Of a stretch of 56,363 nucleotides of DNA, positions 1-8,731 are shown one piece after another. The stretch is from a virus (lineage: Duplodnaviria > Caudoviricetes). The translations under genes and the position numbers were made by a program. The notes below the pieces were generated by a model. It was not told the DNA's origin and searched no databases. It was given only the letters and a program-made list of their open reading frames with translations. The stretch spans positions 1 to 56,363 of IMG/VR virus record IMGVR_UViG_3300049454_000020; one strand, 5' to 3'. How positions within the stretch are numbered: position 1 is the stretch's first letter; each line of letters starts with the position of its first letter.

Positions 1-160
1 AGGCGTAAGGCCGCGCGCGGAGGTGCGACTTCCTCCCAGGTCCCCGAACCCAGCCATCAAGGCTGGCGAGTCCGAGGAGACGGACATGCAGACCACCCCC
101 ACCCCCACCCCCACCCCCACCCCCACCCCCACGCCGATCCGCTGCGCACACCACAGCGCC
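1..160 (+). repeat. Terminal direct repeat / circular overlap, left copy
   Basis: Identical to 56210..56363 except for one extra ACCCCC unit. Confidence 0.97.
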
Positions 161-244
161 GCCGGGCAGTGCACTCGCACTCCCACCCAGATCACCTCCG
201 TCGGGCTCCTCTGCGAGGAGCACGTGAAGTTCTGGAAAAACTGA
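86..244 (+). CDS. Small protein with (Thr-Pro)7 repeat and Cys/His-rich C-terminus
   Basis: GAGGAG RBS at 74-79, ATG at 86; MQT(TP)7IRCAHH...C...LCEEH. Confidence 0.65.
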   Translation: MQTTPTPTPTPTPTPTPIRCAHHSAAGQCTRTPTQITSVGLLCEEHVKFWKN

Positions 245-340
245 TTCGAGCACGCGGCGGGCACCGGAATGAACACCCACTCCGGTGCCCGACCGAGCCG
301 CTCGGCTCAACTTCGAAATCGATCCAAGGAGAAAACCGAG

Positions 341-463
341 ATGCCGGGCATCCACGGCAGCAAGAAGGCGATCAAGCGGAGCGAGGCCAACGCCTCCAAG
401 CTCCGCAAGGCCAAGGAGGTCCGCAAGGTCCGCCGGGACCGCAAAAACAAGATCAAAAGGTGA
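341..463 (+). CDS. Small, highly basic protein (40 aa)
   Basis: AAGGAG RBS upstream; MPGIHGSKKAIKRS...RKNKIKR; GC-rich third codon positions. Confidence 0.65.
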   Translation: MPGIHGSKKAIKRSEANASKLRKAKEVRKVRRDRKNKIKR

Positions 464-846
464 CGAGCGGGTGTCCGGTAGCCAAGCCGGCCGGGGAGGT
501 GCGAAGCCTCCCCACCCACGCGCAATGCCGGCTTAGCCGCTGAGCCGTGATCAGCGCGGGCGCCCACCAACGTGATTGGAGGCTAGGTAATCGGTGCCGA
601 ATCCGCCGAGAGGGAATCCCGCCGTATCCAGGGAGGCCATTCGGGAGGCGCGGTTTGGGCCCGGACGCAGAGTGCCACTGAGGGCAAAGGCAGCCAGCCG
701 GGGCGATACCGGGGAGGGCGAACCAGCGGCACGTCGGGAGCGAGCCCCGACCGTCCACGAGGCCGAAAGGCCCCACAGACCTCAGCACTAACCCGCGTAG
801 AGCACCCGTGAGGAGTGCCACGCGGCCTAGACCCCCAGGAGGGGCC
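464..846 (+). ncRNA. Putative structured non-coding RNA (tRNA-like element 469-517 plus multibranch domain about 583-830)
   Basis: No credible ORF; nested helices and GNRA tetraloops read by eye; family unknown. Confidence 0.55.
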
Positions 847-1581
847 ATGAGCACCACGCAAGCGCAGCTCTTCGCGACCGAGTACGCGAAGGACACCGCA
901 CGAGAAATGCTCGACACGATCAAGGGCACCAAGACCAAAGCCGAACGGGTGACGCGGATCGCGCTCGCGGTCTCCATGCCCCACCAGATCGGCTTCATCC
1001 TCGGACTCGCCCCGCTGCGGTGGGGCTCACTGCGCGAGATCCTGGAGTCGGCGACGCTGATCCTCGGTTCCGTCCTGATCCCGGTCGCGGTCGACTACCT
1101 CATCCTCATCTGCATCCAGGTCCTCTCCGCGAGGGGAGCGGCCAACAGCTCGAAGAAGCTCGCCTTCTGGGGCATGCTCTTCCCGATCGGGGTGTCCGGC
1201 ACGGTCAACGTGCTGGCCCCCGCCCCGGCGCTGATCCGGGTCCTGTTCGGCGTCGCGGTCGTCTTGATCCCGCTCGCCGAGGGGATCCGGGCCATGACGC
1301 GGCCGGACTTCGGGAAGATCGAGCGCATGGAGACGGAGATCGCCGGCCAGGTGACGGCGGTTGAGGAAGTGGTGGTCGAGACGCGGCCAGCCAGGACGCC
1401 GACGGAGCAGCTGAAGGCGGCCAGGAAGCGCGCGGGGTACGACAAGATGACGACGGCTGAGAAGGCGCGGTGGACGAAGGCGTACAAGCCTCGGACCCCG
1501 AAGGCCCCGGACGCGGTGGACCTGATCGAAGAGTATGCGAACGACGAGCCGGTGAGCCCGGCCGTCTACGTCGGACGGTGA
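847..1581 (+). CDS. Multi-pass membrane protein with basic C-terminal tail (DUF2637/Spd-like, tentative)
   Basis: AGGAGG RBS; about four hydrophobic segments followed by a charged tail. Confidence 0.75.
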   Translation: MSTTQAQLFATEYAKDTAREMLDTIKGTKTKAERVTRIALAVSMPHQIGFILGLAPLRWGSLREILESATLILGSVLIPVAVDYLILICIQVLSARGAANSSKKLAFWGMLFPIGVSGTVNVLAPAPALIRVLFGVAVVLIPLAEGIRAMTRPDFGKIERMETEIAGQVTAVEEVVVETRPARTPTEQLKAARKRAGYDKMTTAEKARWTKAYKPRTPKAPDAVDLIEEYANDEPVSPAVYVGR

Positions 1582-1589
1582 ACGCGAGG

Positions 1590-1637
1590 AAGCGCCGCAC
1601 GGCCCGGAGAGATCCGGTGCCGTGCGGCGCTTTTTTT
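1590..1637 (+). terminator. Intrinsic terminator at the convergence of the two transcription directions
   Basis: AAGCGCCGCACGGC...GCCGTGCGGCGCTT stem running into a T7 tract. Confidence 0.9.
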
Positions 1638-1729
1638 GTGCCCTGCAACCAATCCGGGCTCGCCTGGGACGAGGGGTTGTGGATCTCCGATGTGGACAGT
1701 CACTGTCTCGATGATCAGGACATCAGGCG

Positions 1730-1882
1730 TCAGGCAACCGCGGCGATCGCGTGCAGCAGCGGCGCCATCACCCAGAACAGCAGCCCGAGCGCGACCAAGT
1801 TCCACCTCGCGGGCACGTTGAAGACGGCCAGCCCGAACATGACGGCCGCGAGTAGGTACAGCACGAGGTCCAGGACGACCAT
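1730..1882 (-). CDS. Small two-TM membrane protein (50 aa; lysis cassette), not in ORF track
   Basis: Hand translation: MVVLDLVLYLLAAVMFGLAVFNVPARWNLVALGLLFWVMAPLLHAIAAVA; starts 2 nt after the upstream stop. Confidence 0.75.
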   Translation of the reverse strand: MVVLDLVLYLLAAVMFGLAVFNVPARWNLVALGLLFWVMAPLLHAIAAVA

Positions 1883-1884
1883 GA

Positions 1885-2205
1885 CTACGGCGTCGGCTCG
1901 GGCGTGTCGGTCGGATCGGCGACCGCCGCGTCTGCGGCGGCGGACATGGCGACGGCGACGGCCTTGGCCTCGTCGACCTTGACGCCGATCGCGGTGAGGT
2001 CCCCGGCCGCGACGAGGGCGGCGAGCTCGTCGAGGATGCGGGTGAGGTCCGACGCGGCTTCGGCTTGGGCGGTGGCGAGTTCGTCTACTTTGGTTTCGAG
2101 TTCGGCCTTCGTGGTCATGATCATTTCCTCCAGCGTGTCGAAGCGGGGCGCGTAGTCCACGCCGGGATCGGTGTGGACGTGCACGTGGACGTTCACATCC
2201 GTCAT
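1885..2205 (-). CDS. Hypothetical coiled-coil protein
   Basis: ATG at 2205; acidic Ala-rich helical sequence ending in PEPTP. Confidence 0.7.
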   Translation of the reverse strand: MTDVNVHVHVHTDPGVDYAPRFDTLEEMIMTTKAELETKVDELATAQAEAASDLTRILDELAALVAAGDLTAIGVKVDEAKAVAVAMSAAADAAVADPTDTPEPTP

Positions 2206-2267
2206 AGATCTACTTATACCCGATCGGAGTTGTCTGGAACCCCTCCGGCTCACGCATCGGGCCCCCG

Positions 2268-2498
2268 TCAGCGGTCTCCGACCACGAGCGAAGGCGACGA
2301 CGAGTCGCCGACCTGAGCCGACACGATCGACGTCAACGCCGACAGCACGGCCGCGCCCAGCGCGATCCCGCCGGCCGCGCCCCAGTTCGCGTGCCAGGCG
2401 TCGAAGAGCTGGTCCGCGCCGAAGTACAACAGCGCGCCCTGCGCGGCGGACTTCAACGCCCGCTCAGCGGTGGCCTTCCAGAACTTCGAGGTGAACAT
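2268..2498 (-). CDS. Holin (r1t-like)
   Basis: MFTSKFWKATAERALKSAAQ...LSALTSIVSA...SPSLV pattern typical of actinophage holins; AGGAG RBS. Confidence 0.88.
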   Translation of the reverse strand: MFTSKFWKATAERALKSAAQGALLYFGADQLFDAWHANWGAAGGIALGAAVLSALTSIVSAQVGDSSSPSLVVGDR

Positions 2499-2506
2499 GT
2501 GCGCTC

Positions 2507-2827
2507 CTATCGTTGCCGTGGCTGGCGCGGGGTTCCGCTGTTCAGCTTCGGGTGGGCCGGCTTGCCGTCCAGGCCGCCGCGCCACTCGACGAGCTGCCCG
2601 ACCGTGTCCCGAACCTCGTTCACGTCCGTCCGGACCTCTTCCACATCGGCCCGGACTTCCTTGATCTGGCCGGGCAGCGTCGGCAAAACTTCGTTCACCA
2701 TCCGCAGCGTCCGTGTCAGGTACCGCCACATAGGCTTCACCGCTTTCAGGTACAGGTACGTGACCAGGGCGAGGATCGCGAGGATCGCGGTCGCCGCGCT
2801 GCCGACCTCGATGACGGGCTCAAACAA
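2507..2827 (-). CDS. Single-TM plus coiled-coil membrane protein (lysis cassette)
   Basis: N-terminal TM, heptad-like C-terminal half; lies between endolysin and holin. Confidence 0.7.
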   Translation of the reverse strand: MFEPVIEVGSAATAILAILALVTYLYLKAVKPMWRYLTRTLRMVNEVLPTLPGQIKEVRADVEEVRTDVNEVRDTVGQLVEWRGGLDGKPAHPKLNSGTPRQPRQR

Positions 2828-2890
2828 CGCCGCCTGCCGTTTCAGTTGTCATGTCGCTCCCGGCAGCGGGGACTAGGCCACCGGGTATTT

Positions 2891-3238
2891 CTAACCGCGC
2901 GTCAACACCACAATCAAGCCAACCACAGCGGCGAGCGCCGCGACCGCGCCCAACGCCGCGTAGATCCGCTGCACCGGCGACCACGCCTGCTCCGTCTTGT
3001 CACGGCGCGCCTCCTCCGCGTCCTTCAACGCCGCGGCGGTGGTGACGACGGTCGCGTCGCGGGCGACGGCCTGGTCGCCGAGACGCTGCACCGCCAACCG
3101 CAGCCCCCGCATCTCCTCAGCCAGGTCGCCGAGACTCCCGTTGATCGCGGCGAAGTGCTTGTCGTGGCTGGCCAGCCGCTCGGCTATACCGCCCGCGGTG
3201 TGGCCGCGGTCGTACGCGTCCGCGTGCTGCTCGCCCAT
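2891..3238 (-). CDS. Coiled-coil protein with C-terminal TM (lysis cassette)
   Basis: RLASHDKHFAAINGS helix, then hydrophobic C-terminus. Confidence 0.75.
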   Translation of the reverse strand: MGEQHADAYDRGHTAGGIAERLASHDKHFAAINGSLGDLAEEMRGLRLAVQRLGDQAVARDATVVTTAAALKDAEEARRDKTEQAWSPVQRIYAALGAVAALAAVVGLIVVLTRG

Positions 3239-3240
3239 GG

Positions 3241-4140
3241 TCAACTGTCGTTGTCCGCGCCGGCGCGGGCCTGCTCGTCCAGCTCCTCGTCGACTATCTT
3301 GCGGACCTCTTCGGCGGTCAGGTCGCCGCCCGCCGCGTCGATCTTCGCGACGATCTTCGCCAGGTCCTCGTCGGAGAGTTGGACCGGGTCCGCGTCGGAC
3401 ACGTCCTCACCGAGGGCGCCACTGTCGAAGTCGGCCTTCGAGATCGGCTTCAGGTCCTTGACCGTCATCCCCCAAAACGCGAGCCCGGCATTCATCGTGC
3501 GCAGGTCCCGCCAGCCCCACCACGACGGGCCGTTGCTGATCCCGACCGCGCCGCCCTCGTTCACCCTGTACGCCCTCGGCATGTCGCCGCCCTCCTCCTC
3601 CATCAGCCACTCGGCATAGGTCTGTCCACGCAGGACGGACAGCATCGCCCGTTTGTTCAGGTAGTCCTCGGTGTTGGCCCGGATCTCCGAGAAGTGAAAA
3701 TGCCACCGGTGCGTCGCGTCCGGGGTCCGCTCCGTCCACGACTGGAAGTCGAATCCATCCGCGGCGTCGTCAGCGTCGGCCTGGCACAACACCTCCCGCC
3801 AGCCCGCGAGGCGCGGGTCGCGGGCCAGGAACGCGGCCCGGACGCGGGCCCCGTATTTGCGGATGTTGCGCAGGTCGCCGGCCTGCGCCGATTTGAACGT
3901 CCAGTCCCCGGCCGCGCCTTTGTCGTCGGGTCCTTTCCGGTCCCCGAGAAGTTGGATGGAGTAGTCGCGCCGCCAGGCCGGGTTCGCGAGAAGGGTGTTC
4001 CGGTCGGCGTGGTAGCCGGGTTTGAAGTTCCCCCAGATTCCGGAGTTGACGGTGTCGGACGGCTCCAGCGCGACGAGTTGCTCCATGAACCACCACCACG
4101 CGGCGGTGATCCGGGCCGGATTCGGGTTGCTGCCAGCCAT
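3241..4140 (-). CDS. Endolysin, M15/LAS-like Zn peptidase
   Basis: GYH...AGD...HRWHFH metal-ligand pattern; located upstream of the holin. Confidence 0.75.
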   Translation of the reverse strand: MAGSNPNPARITAAWWWFMEQLVALEPSDTVNSGIWGNFKPGYHADRNTLLANPAWRRDYSIQLLGDRKGPDDKGAAGDWTFKSAQAGDLRNIRKYGARVRAAFLARDPRLAGWREVLCQADADDAADGFDFQSWTERTPDATHRWHFHFSEIRANTEDYLNKRAMLSVLRGQTYAEWLMEEEGGDMPRAYRVNEGGAVGISNGPSWWGWRDLRTMNAGLAFWGMTVKDLKPISKADFDSGALGEDVSDADPVQLSDEDLAKIVAKIDAAGGDLTAEEVRKIVDEELDEQARAGADNDS

Positions 4141-4141
4141 G

Positions 4142-5227
4142 TCAGACCCTCGCGAACGGCGACGACGCCATGGCCCGCTGCCGGGTCAGCGCCTCAGCCC
4201 ACACCTCGGCCCACCGCCACGCGTGGCCCTCGATCGTCTCCGCGGCTGCGGCGGCCCTGCCGGCGGCGGACATGTCGACACGCAGACCCTGGTTGTCGAC
4301 GAGCCGCCTCAGCAGCTTGTGCCAGTCCTTCGGCGTCTCCGCCAGCAAACCGACGCGATGCCGGGCGTTGAACGCCGCGTACTCCACTCGAGGCGACGCG
4401 ACCCACGGCACCCCGCACGCCGACAGCTCGAGGACCTTCAGCCCGGACTTGGCGCGGTTGAATCCGGTGTCGGCGAGCGGGGCCATCCCGACGCCGAGCT
4501 CGGCCAGTCGCAGCGGCCAGTCGAGCAGGTCCACAGAACCGGTGCAGTCCGGGTCGCGGTCCAGTCCGAGCGCTTCCCGGAGGCCGTTCGGCGGCCCGAC
4601 GCCGCGGTACGTGTGGCCGGCGCGGACGAGGCGGGCGACAGCCGGGCCGACCTGTTGCAGGTCGAAGGGGTGGGAGTGAGTTGATCCGGGCCAGCCGAAC
4701 ACGGGCGAGTCGTGGTGAGGTATGCCGAGGTAGGCGGCGGGGACCCGGTTCGCGAGGACGCGGCCGCGACCGTGGGGGGCGTAGACGGGCAGCAGCGCCG
4801 GCGTCGACACGGTGACCATGGTCGCGTTGCGGCACGCGGTCTCCGCGTTCGCCCACGAGTGGCGCGGGTCGCGGCCCGTCTTCGGGTGCAGGCCCGCGAA
4901 CGCCGGGTTGTTGGGGTCGATCTTCGTGAGGTCGTCGTCCATGTCGACGACGACGGCGACGCCCTTCGCTCGGACCATCGGGATCGCCTGGACCAGATTG
5001 GACAATGACACCCGCTGCATGACGACGACGTCGGCGTCGGGTGGGACGTGCGCGGTGACGAGCTGGCCGGTGCGCTGGTCGAACTCGCCGCCGATCCCCT
5101 CCCGGTCCGACGGCATCATCACCCGCACGTCGAGGCCTTGCGCGCGCAGCACCGCCGCCGGGGCGATCAGCCGGTAGTAGCCGCAGCCGTGGGCGTCTGC
5201 GGGGTAGCAGTAGACGATCATTCTCAC
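4142..5227 (-). CDS. Glycosyltransferase, GT-B fold (GT4-like)
   Basis: GCGYYR, DMDDD, GWPGS, APLADTGFNRAKSGLKVLE motifs. Confidence 0.88.
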   Translation of the reverse strand: MRMIVYCYPADAHGCGYYRLIAPAAVLRAQGLDVRVMMPSDREGIGGEFDQRTGQLVTAHVPPDADVVVMQRVSLSNLVQAIPMVRAKGVAVVVDMDDDLTKIDPNNPAFAGLHPKTGRDPRHSWANAETACRNATMVTVSTPALLPVYAPHGRGRVLANRVPAAYLGIPHHDSPVFGWPGSTHSHPFDLQQVGPAVARLVRAGHTYRGVGPPNGLREALGLDRDPDCTGSVDLLDWPLRLAELGVGMAPLADTGFNRAKSGLKVLELSACGVPWVASPRVEYAAFNARHRVGLLAETPKDWHKLLRRLVDNQGLRVDMSAAGRAAAAAETIEGHAWRWAEVWAEALTRQRAMASSPFARV

Positions 5228-5272
5228 CCCCGTGAGATCAACTTCGTTGAGCGTAACCCTGAAACGTCGGAA

Positions 5273-5914
5273 CTAGCCTGCTGCGTCTCCTCGCTCGGGG
5301 CGGCCGGACGTGTTGCCCATGACCTTGTCGTCGAGCCAGTGGTGGCGCCAGAGCCAGCTTTTGCGGCGCAGGTGCTTGATGGCCGCGCCGGCCTCGAGGC
5401 AGCCCAACGTGAAGTAGCGGTCCTCGCCGGAGTTGACCTGCCCCCGGTCGAGTTCTTTGAACCCGACGTGTTTGGCGAGGTCGGTGCGGACGAGGGTGGT
5501 GATGGTGGTCTCGATCGGGTTGGCGGGGTCGAACTCGTTGAGGTAGTGCCCGACGGGGAAGATCGGGTCGTCGTCGAGGATTCGGGTGGTCCCGTCCGCG
5601 AACTGCTGCATGATCTTGAACCAGGGGTAGACGAAATCCGCACCGGTCTCTTGCTGGTGCTGGACCAGCCACTCGAGGTGTTTGGGTAGGAACTCGTCGT
5701 CGGAGTCGAGGAACGCGACGAAGTCGGTTGTGGCGGCCGTCAGGGCGCGTTGCCGGGTCGCGGCGGCGCCTTCCCGGTCGTTGTCGACCGCGACGTGGAT
5801 GGCGTCGGGTGGCCGGGTTTGGCTGTGAACGCTGTCAATGGCGCGGGTGAGCATGCCGTTGCGGAGCCGTGCCGGATGGGCGGGGATGATGACGGAGACG
5901 GTGGGGCGGGTCAC
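5273..5914 (-). CDS. Glycosyltransferase family 2
   Basis: VSVIIPAH, AIDSVHSQT, FLDSDD (DxD), GED. Confidence 0.92.
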   Translation of the reverse strand: MTRPTVSVIIPAHPARLRNGMLTRAIDSVHSQTRPPDAIHVAVDNDREGAAATRQRALTAATTDFVAFLDSDDEFLPKHLEWLVQHQQETGADFVYPWFKIMQQFADGTTRILDDDPIFPVGHYLNEFDPANPIETTITTLVRTDLAKHVGFKELDRGQVNSGEDRYFTLGCLEAGAAIKHLRRKSWLWRHHWLDDKVMGNTSGRPERGDAAG

Positions 5915-5929
5915 GGGGGGATCCTCTCT

Positions 5930-6589
5930 CTACTGTGGCCGGTCGGGGCGGCCCGATTTTCCGGCGGCCCAGCCGTCATGGTGGATGCCGGTGACCCGGT
6001 CGACGAACACGCCCCGCAGGCCGGCCTGCCGCCAGTCGCGGACCATCTGCCAGTCGCTGGCGTTCTCCCCGTTCGGGTTCCACGTCGCCACCTGCAACGC
6101 CCCCTGCCAGCACATGACGCCGGTCGTGTCGAGGTGCCCCAGCTCGTACGTGTCGTCGCCGATGACCAGGTACGGGTTCCCGCCGACGCGGAAGTCCACT
6201 TTCGACACCGACCAGACGGCGTCAGCGGCCCGCATCGCCTCGATGTGGGCGCGGGCGTGGTGGGGCAGCAGTTCGTCGTCGTCGCCGAGGAAGCCGACGA
6301 ACTCGCCGAGGGCGAGCCGGGACCCGAGCATCCACGGGTACGCGCCGGTGCTGGCCTCGGTGGTCGGGTTCCGCCATGTCTCGTTGATCTGCACCGACCG
6401 CATCCGGTAGTCACCGATGCGGTAGTTGTGCTTGTCGTCGAACTCCTCCGGATTCCGGTCGGAGACGATGATGTGCTCGATCGGCCCGTCCCAGTCCAGC
6501 TTCATCACCGACGGGACGCACCGGTTGAACAGGTCCTGCTCCCGGCCGGGAAATGTCGGGGTGACGATCGACACCAACGGCTCAGCCAA
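5930..6589 (-). CDS. Glycosyltransferase, GT-A fold (GT2-like)
   Basis: VSIVTPTF, GEFVGFLGDDD, SDW; TTG start with GGAGG RBS overlapping the gmd stop. Confidence 0.85.
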   Translation of the reverse strand: MAEPLVSIVTPTFPGREQDLFNRCVPSVMKLDWDGPIEHIIVSDRNPEEFDDKHNYRIGDYRMRSVQINETWRNPTTEASTGAYPWMLGSRLALGEFVGFLGDDDELLPHHARAHIEAMRAADAVWSVSKVDFRVGGNPYLVIGDDTYELGHLDTTGVMCWQGALQVATWNPNGENASDWQMVRDWRQAGLRGVFVDRVTGIHHDGWAAGKSGRPDRPQ

Positions 6590-7526
6590 GGTCCGCCTCC
6601 ACCATCCGCCGCACGATGTCCTTGAACCGGACCTGCGCCTCCCACCCCAGCACCCGCAGCGCCTTCGACGCGTCGCCGCACAGCAGCTCCACATCGGCCG
6701 GCCGGAACCGCTCCGGCGTCGACACGACGTGGTCGCGCCAGTCGAGGCCGACGACGTTGAACGCCTCCTCGCACAACTCGGCCACGCTGTGGCTCTCCCC
6801 GGTGGCGAGGCAGTAGTCGCCGGGCTCGTCGCGGCCCGCTATCAGCGGCAGCGCGGTCATGAACTCGGGCGCCCAGCCCCAGTCGCGGCGCGCGTCGAGG
6901 TTGCCGAGGGCGAGCCTCAACGACCGGTTGCGGCTGGCCTCCGCGGCGGCTTTGGTGACCCTGCGGGTGACGAACTCGGCGCCGCGGCGCGGGGACTCGT
7001 GGTTGAACATGATCGCCGCCGACGCGTGGATGCCGTACGACTCCCGGTAGTTGACGATTGTGTGATGCGCGAACGCTTTCGCGACGCCGTACGGGGAGCG
7101 CGGGCTCATCGGCGTCCGCTCGTTTTGCGGTGTGTCGCGGACGTCGCCGAACATCTCCGACGACGAGGCGTGGACGAGCCGGACTGTGGGGTCGACGTGC
7201 CGGATCGCCTCCAGCAGCCGCAGCACGCCGAGGCCGGTCACCTCGGACATCAGCGCCGGCTGCGCCCACGACGACCCGACGAATGTGATCGCGCCGAGGT
7301 TGTAGACGACCTGCGGCCGCAGGTCGTGGAGGACCGTCTGCAGCGATGACTGGTCGAGGAGGTCCCCCTCGACGAGTCTCAGCCCGGGCAAGTCCGCCCG
7401 CAGCTGCGTCCGGGCCGGCCCCGGACGGCCACGGACGAGGCCCCACACGTCGACTTGTTGCTCGAGGAGCTGCCCGGCGAGGTAGTAGCCGTCTTGTCCG
7501 GACACGCCGGTGATGAGGGCTTTCAC
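6582..7526 (-). CDS. gmd: GDP-mannose 4,6-dehydratase
   Basis: ALITGVSGQDGYYLA, ASSSEMFG, PRSPYGVAK, FNHESPRRGAEFVTR, LGNLDARRDWG, RPADV. Confidence 0.96.
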   Translation of the reverse strand: MKALITGVSGQDGYYLAGQLLEQQVDVWGLVRGRPGPARTQLRADLPGLRLVEGDLLDQSSLQTVLHDLRPQVVYNLGAITFVGSSWAQPALMSEVTGLGVLRLLEAIRHVDPTVRLVHASSSEMFGDVRDTPQNERTPMSPRSPYGVAKAFAHHTIVNYRESYGIHASAAIMFNHESPRRGAEFVTRRVTKAAAEASRNRSLRLALGNLDARRDWGWAPEFMTALPLIAGRDEPGDYCLATGESHSVAELCEEAFNVVGLDWRDHVVSTPERFRPADVELLCGDASKALRVLGWEAQVRFKDIVRRMVEADLG

Positions 7527-8731
7527 AGCAGCACCGGCGTGGGGATGGGGACGATCCACCGGCCGCCCTGCTGCGCGAACTGCGCCTCTCGGCGCATCAC
7601 GTCGGGCAGGTAGTTCCAGACCGTCAGGACGTAGGTGTCCGGCTGTCGGCTGTCTGCGGTCGGGGACACGATCGGGATGCCGGTGCCGGGGACGTATCGG
7701 CCGTGTTTCGTCGGGGTGGTGTCCACCATGTACTGGATCAGGTCGGGGCCGATGCCGCAGAAGTTGAGCAGCGTCGTCGCCTTGGCCGACGCGCCGTAAC
7801 CGGCGACCCGCTTGCCGGCCTGTTTCTGCGCCTGCAGCATGTCCACCAGTCGGGCCCGGATCCGCTCCGCGCGTCCCTGCAGCCCGTCGAGGGCGTGCGG
7901 GCCGGCGAGCCACCGCTCGGCGCGCAGCAGCGCGGGCACGGTGTCGTCAGGAGGGCCGTCGCGGCCGATCGTAACCCGAAGGGATCCGCCCTGGGGGTTG
8001 ACCTGCTCCACGGACAAGGCCATCAGGCCCCGTTCGGCGAGTATCCGGTCGAGGGAGGTGAGGGTGAAGAACTGGCGGTGCTCGTGGTAGACGTGGTCGA
8101 ACTGGTTTCCGGTGACGAGGTCGGCGAGGTATTGGAACTCGACGACCGCGACGCCGTCGTCGGCGAGGAGCAACTCGATCCCGGCCACGAAATCGGCGAG
8201 GTCGGCGACGTGGGCGATGACGTTGTTCGCGACGATGAGCCCGGCGGGCTCGTGGTCGGCGAGGATGTCGAGGGCGGTCTGGCGGCCGAAGCCGCGGACG
8301 AGGACGTCAAGGCCCGCCTCGGCGGCCATCGCGGCGGGCCCGGCGGCGGGGTCGACGCCCAACGTCTCGCAGCCGGCTGCCTGTAGGTGTTTGAGGAGGG
8401 TGCCGTCGTTGCAGGCGATCTCGACGGTGAGCCGGCGCGCCAGGTCCCCGAACCGGCTGAGGAGCTGTTGGGCGTACAGGCGTTGGTGCTCGGCGGCGAC
8501 CCACGACGAGCCGGTGTAGAAGCCGTAGTCACCGCCCCACAGGTCAGCGTCCGGGACGAGTTCGGTGAGTTGGACGAGGGTGCAGACCCGGCACCGGAAC
8601 AGGCCCAGCGGCCACCTGCGCTGGCCGGGGTCGGGGCTGGTGGGGAAGTCGTCGGCGAGGGGCGAGTCGCCGAGGTCGAGGATTTGGACAATGCTGTCAG
8701 ATCCGCAGCCCCCGCACGCGGTTCGTCTCAT
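7523..8731 (-). CDS. NDP-sugar C-methyltransferase (TcaB9/NovU-like architecture)
   Basis: N-terminal Zn ribbon (CGGC...CRVC), EIACNDG, ANNVIAHV, FDHVYHEH, QGGSLR, C-terminal YGASAK...PGTGIPI. Confidence 0.92.
   Translation of the reverse strand: MRRTACGGCGSDSIVQILDLGDSPLADDFPTSPDPGQRRWPLGLFRCRVCTLVQLTELVPDADLWGGDYGFYTGSSWVAAEHQRLYAQQLLSRFGDLARRLTVEIACNDGTLLKHLQAAGCETLGVDPAAGPAAMAAEAGLDVLVRGFGRQTALDILADHEPAGLIVANNVIAHVADLADFVAGIELLLADDGVAVVEFQYLADLVTGNQFDHVYHEHRQFFTLTSLDRILAERGLMALSVEQVNPQGGSLRVTIGRDGPPDDTVPALLRAERWLAGPHALDGLQGRAERIRARLVDMLQAQKQAGKRVAGYGASAKATTLLNFCGIGPDLIQYMVDTTPTKHGRYVPGTGIPIVSPTADSRQPDTYVLTVWNYLPDVMRREAQFAQQGGRWIVPIPTPVLL

Noticed and set aside
586-730. Cobalamin riboswitch or RNase P RNA (CGGTG..AATCCG, GCCACTG, AGTGCCAC, AGGGCGAA)
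   Set aside because: No B12 box and no RNase P P4 signature; the AGTG..CTGAGG segment pairs well with 780-789 instead. Kept only as an unassigned structured RNA.
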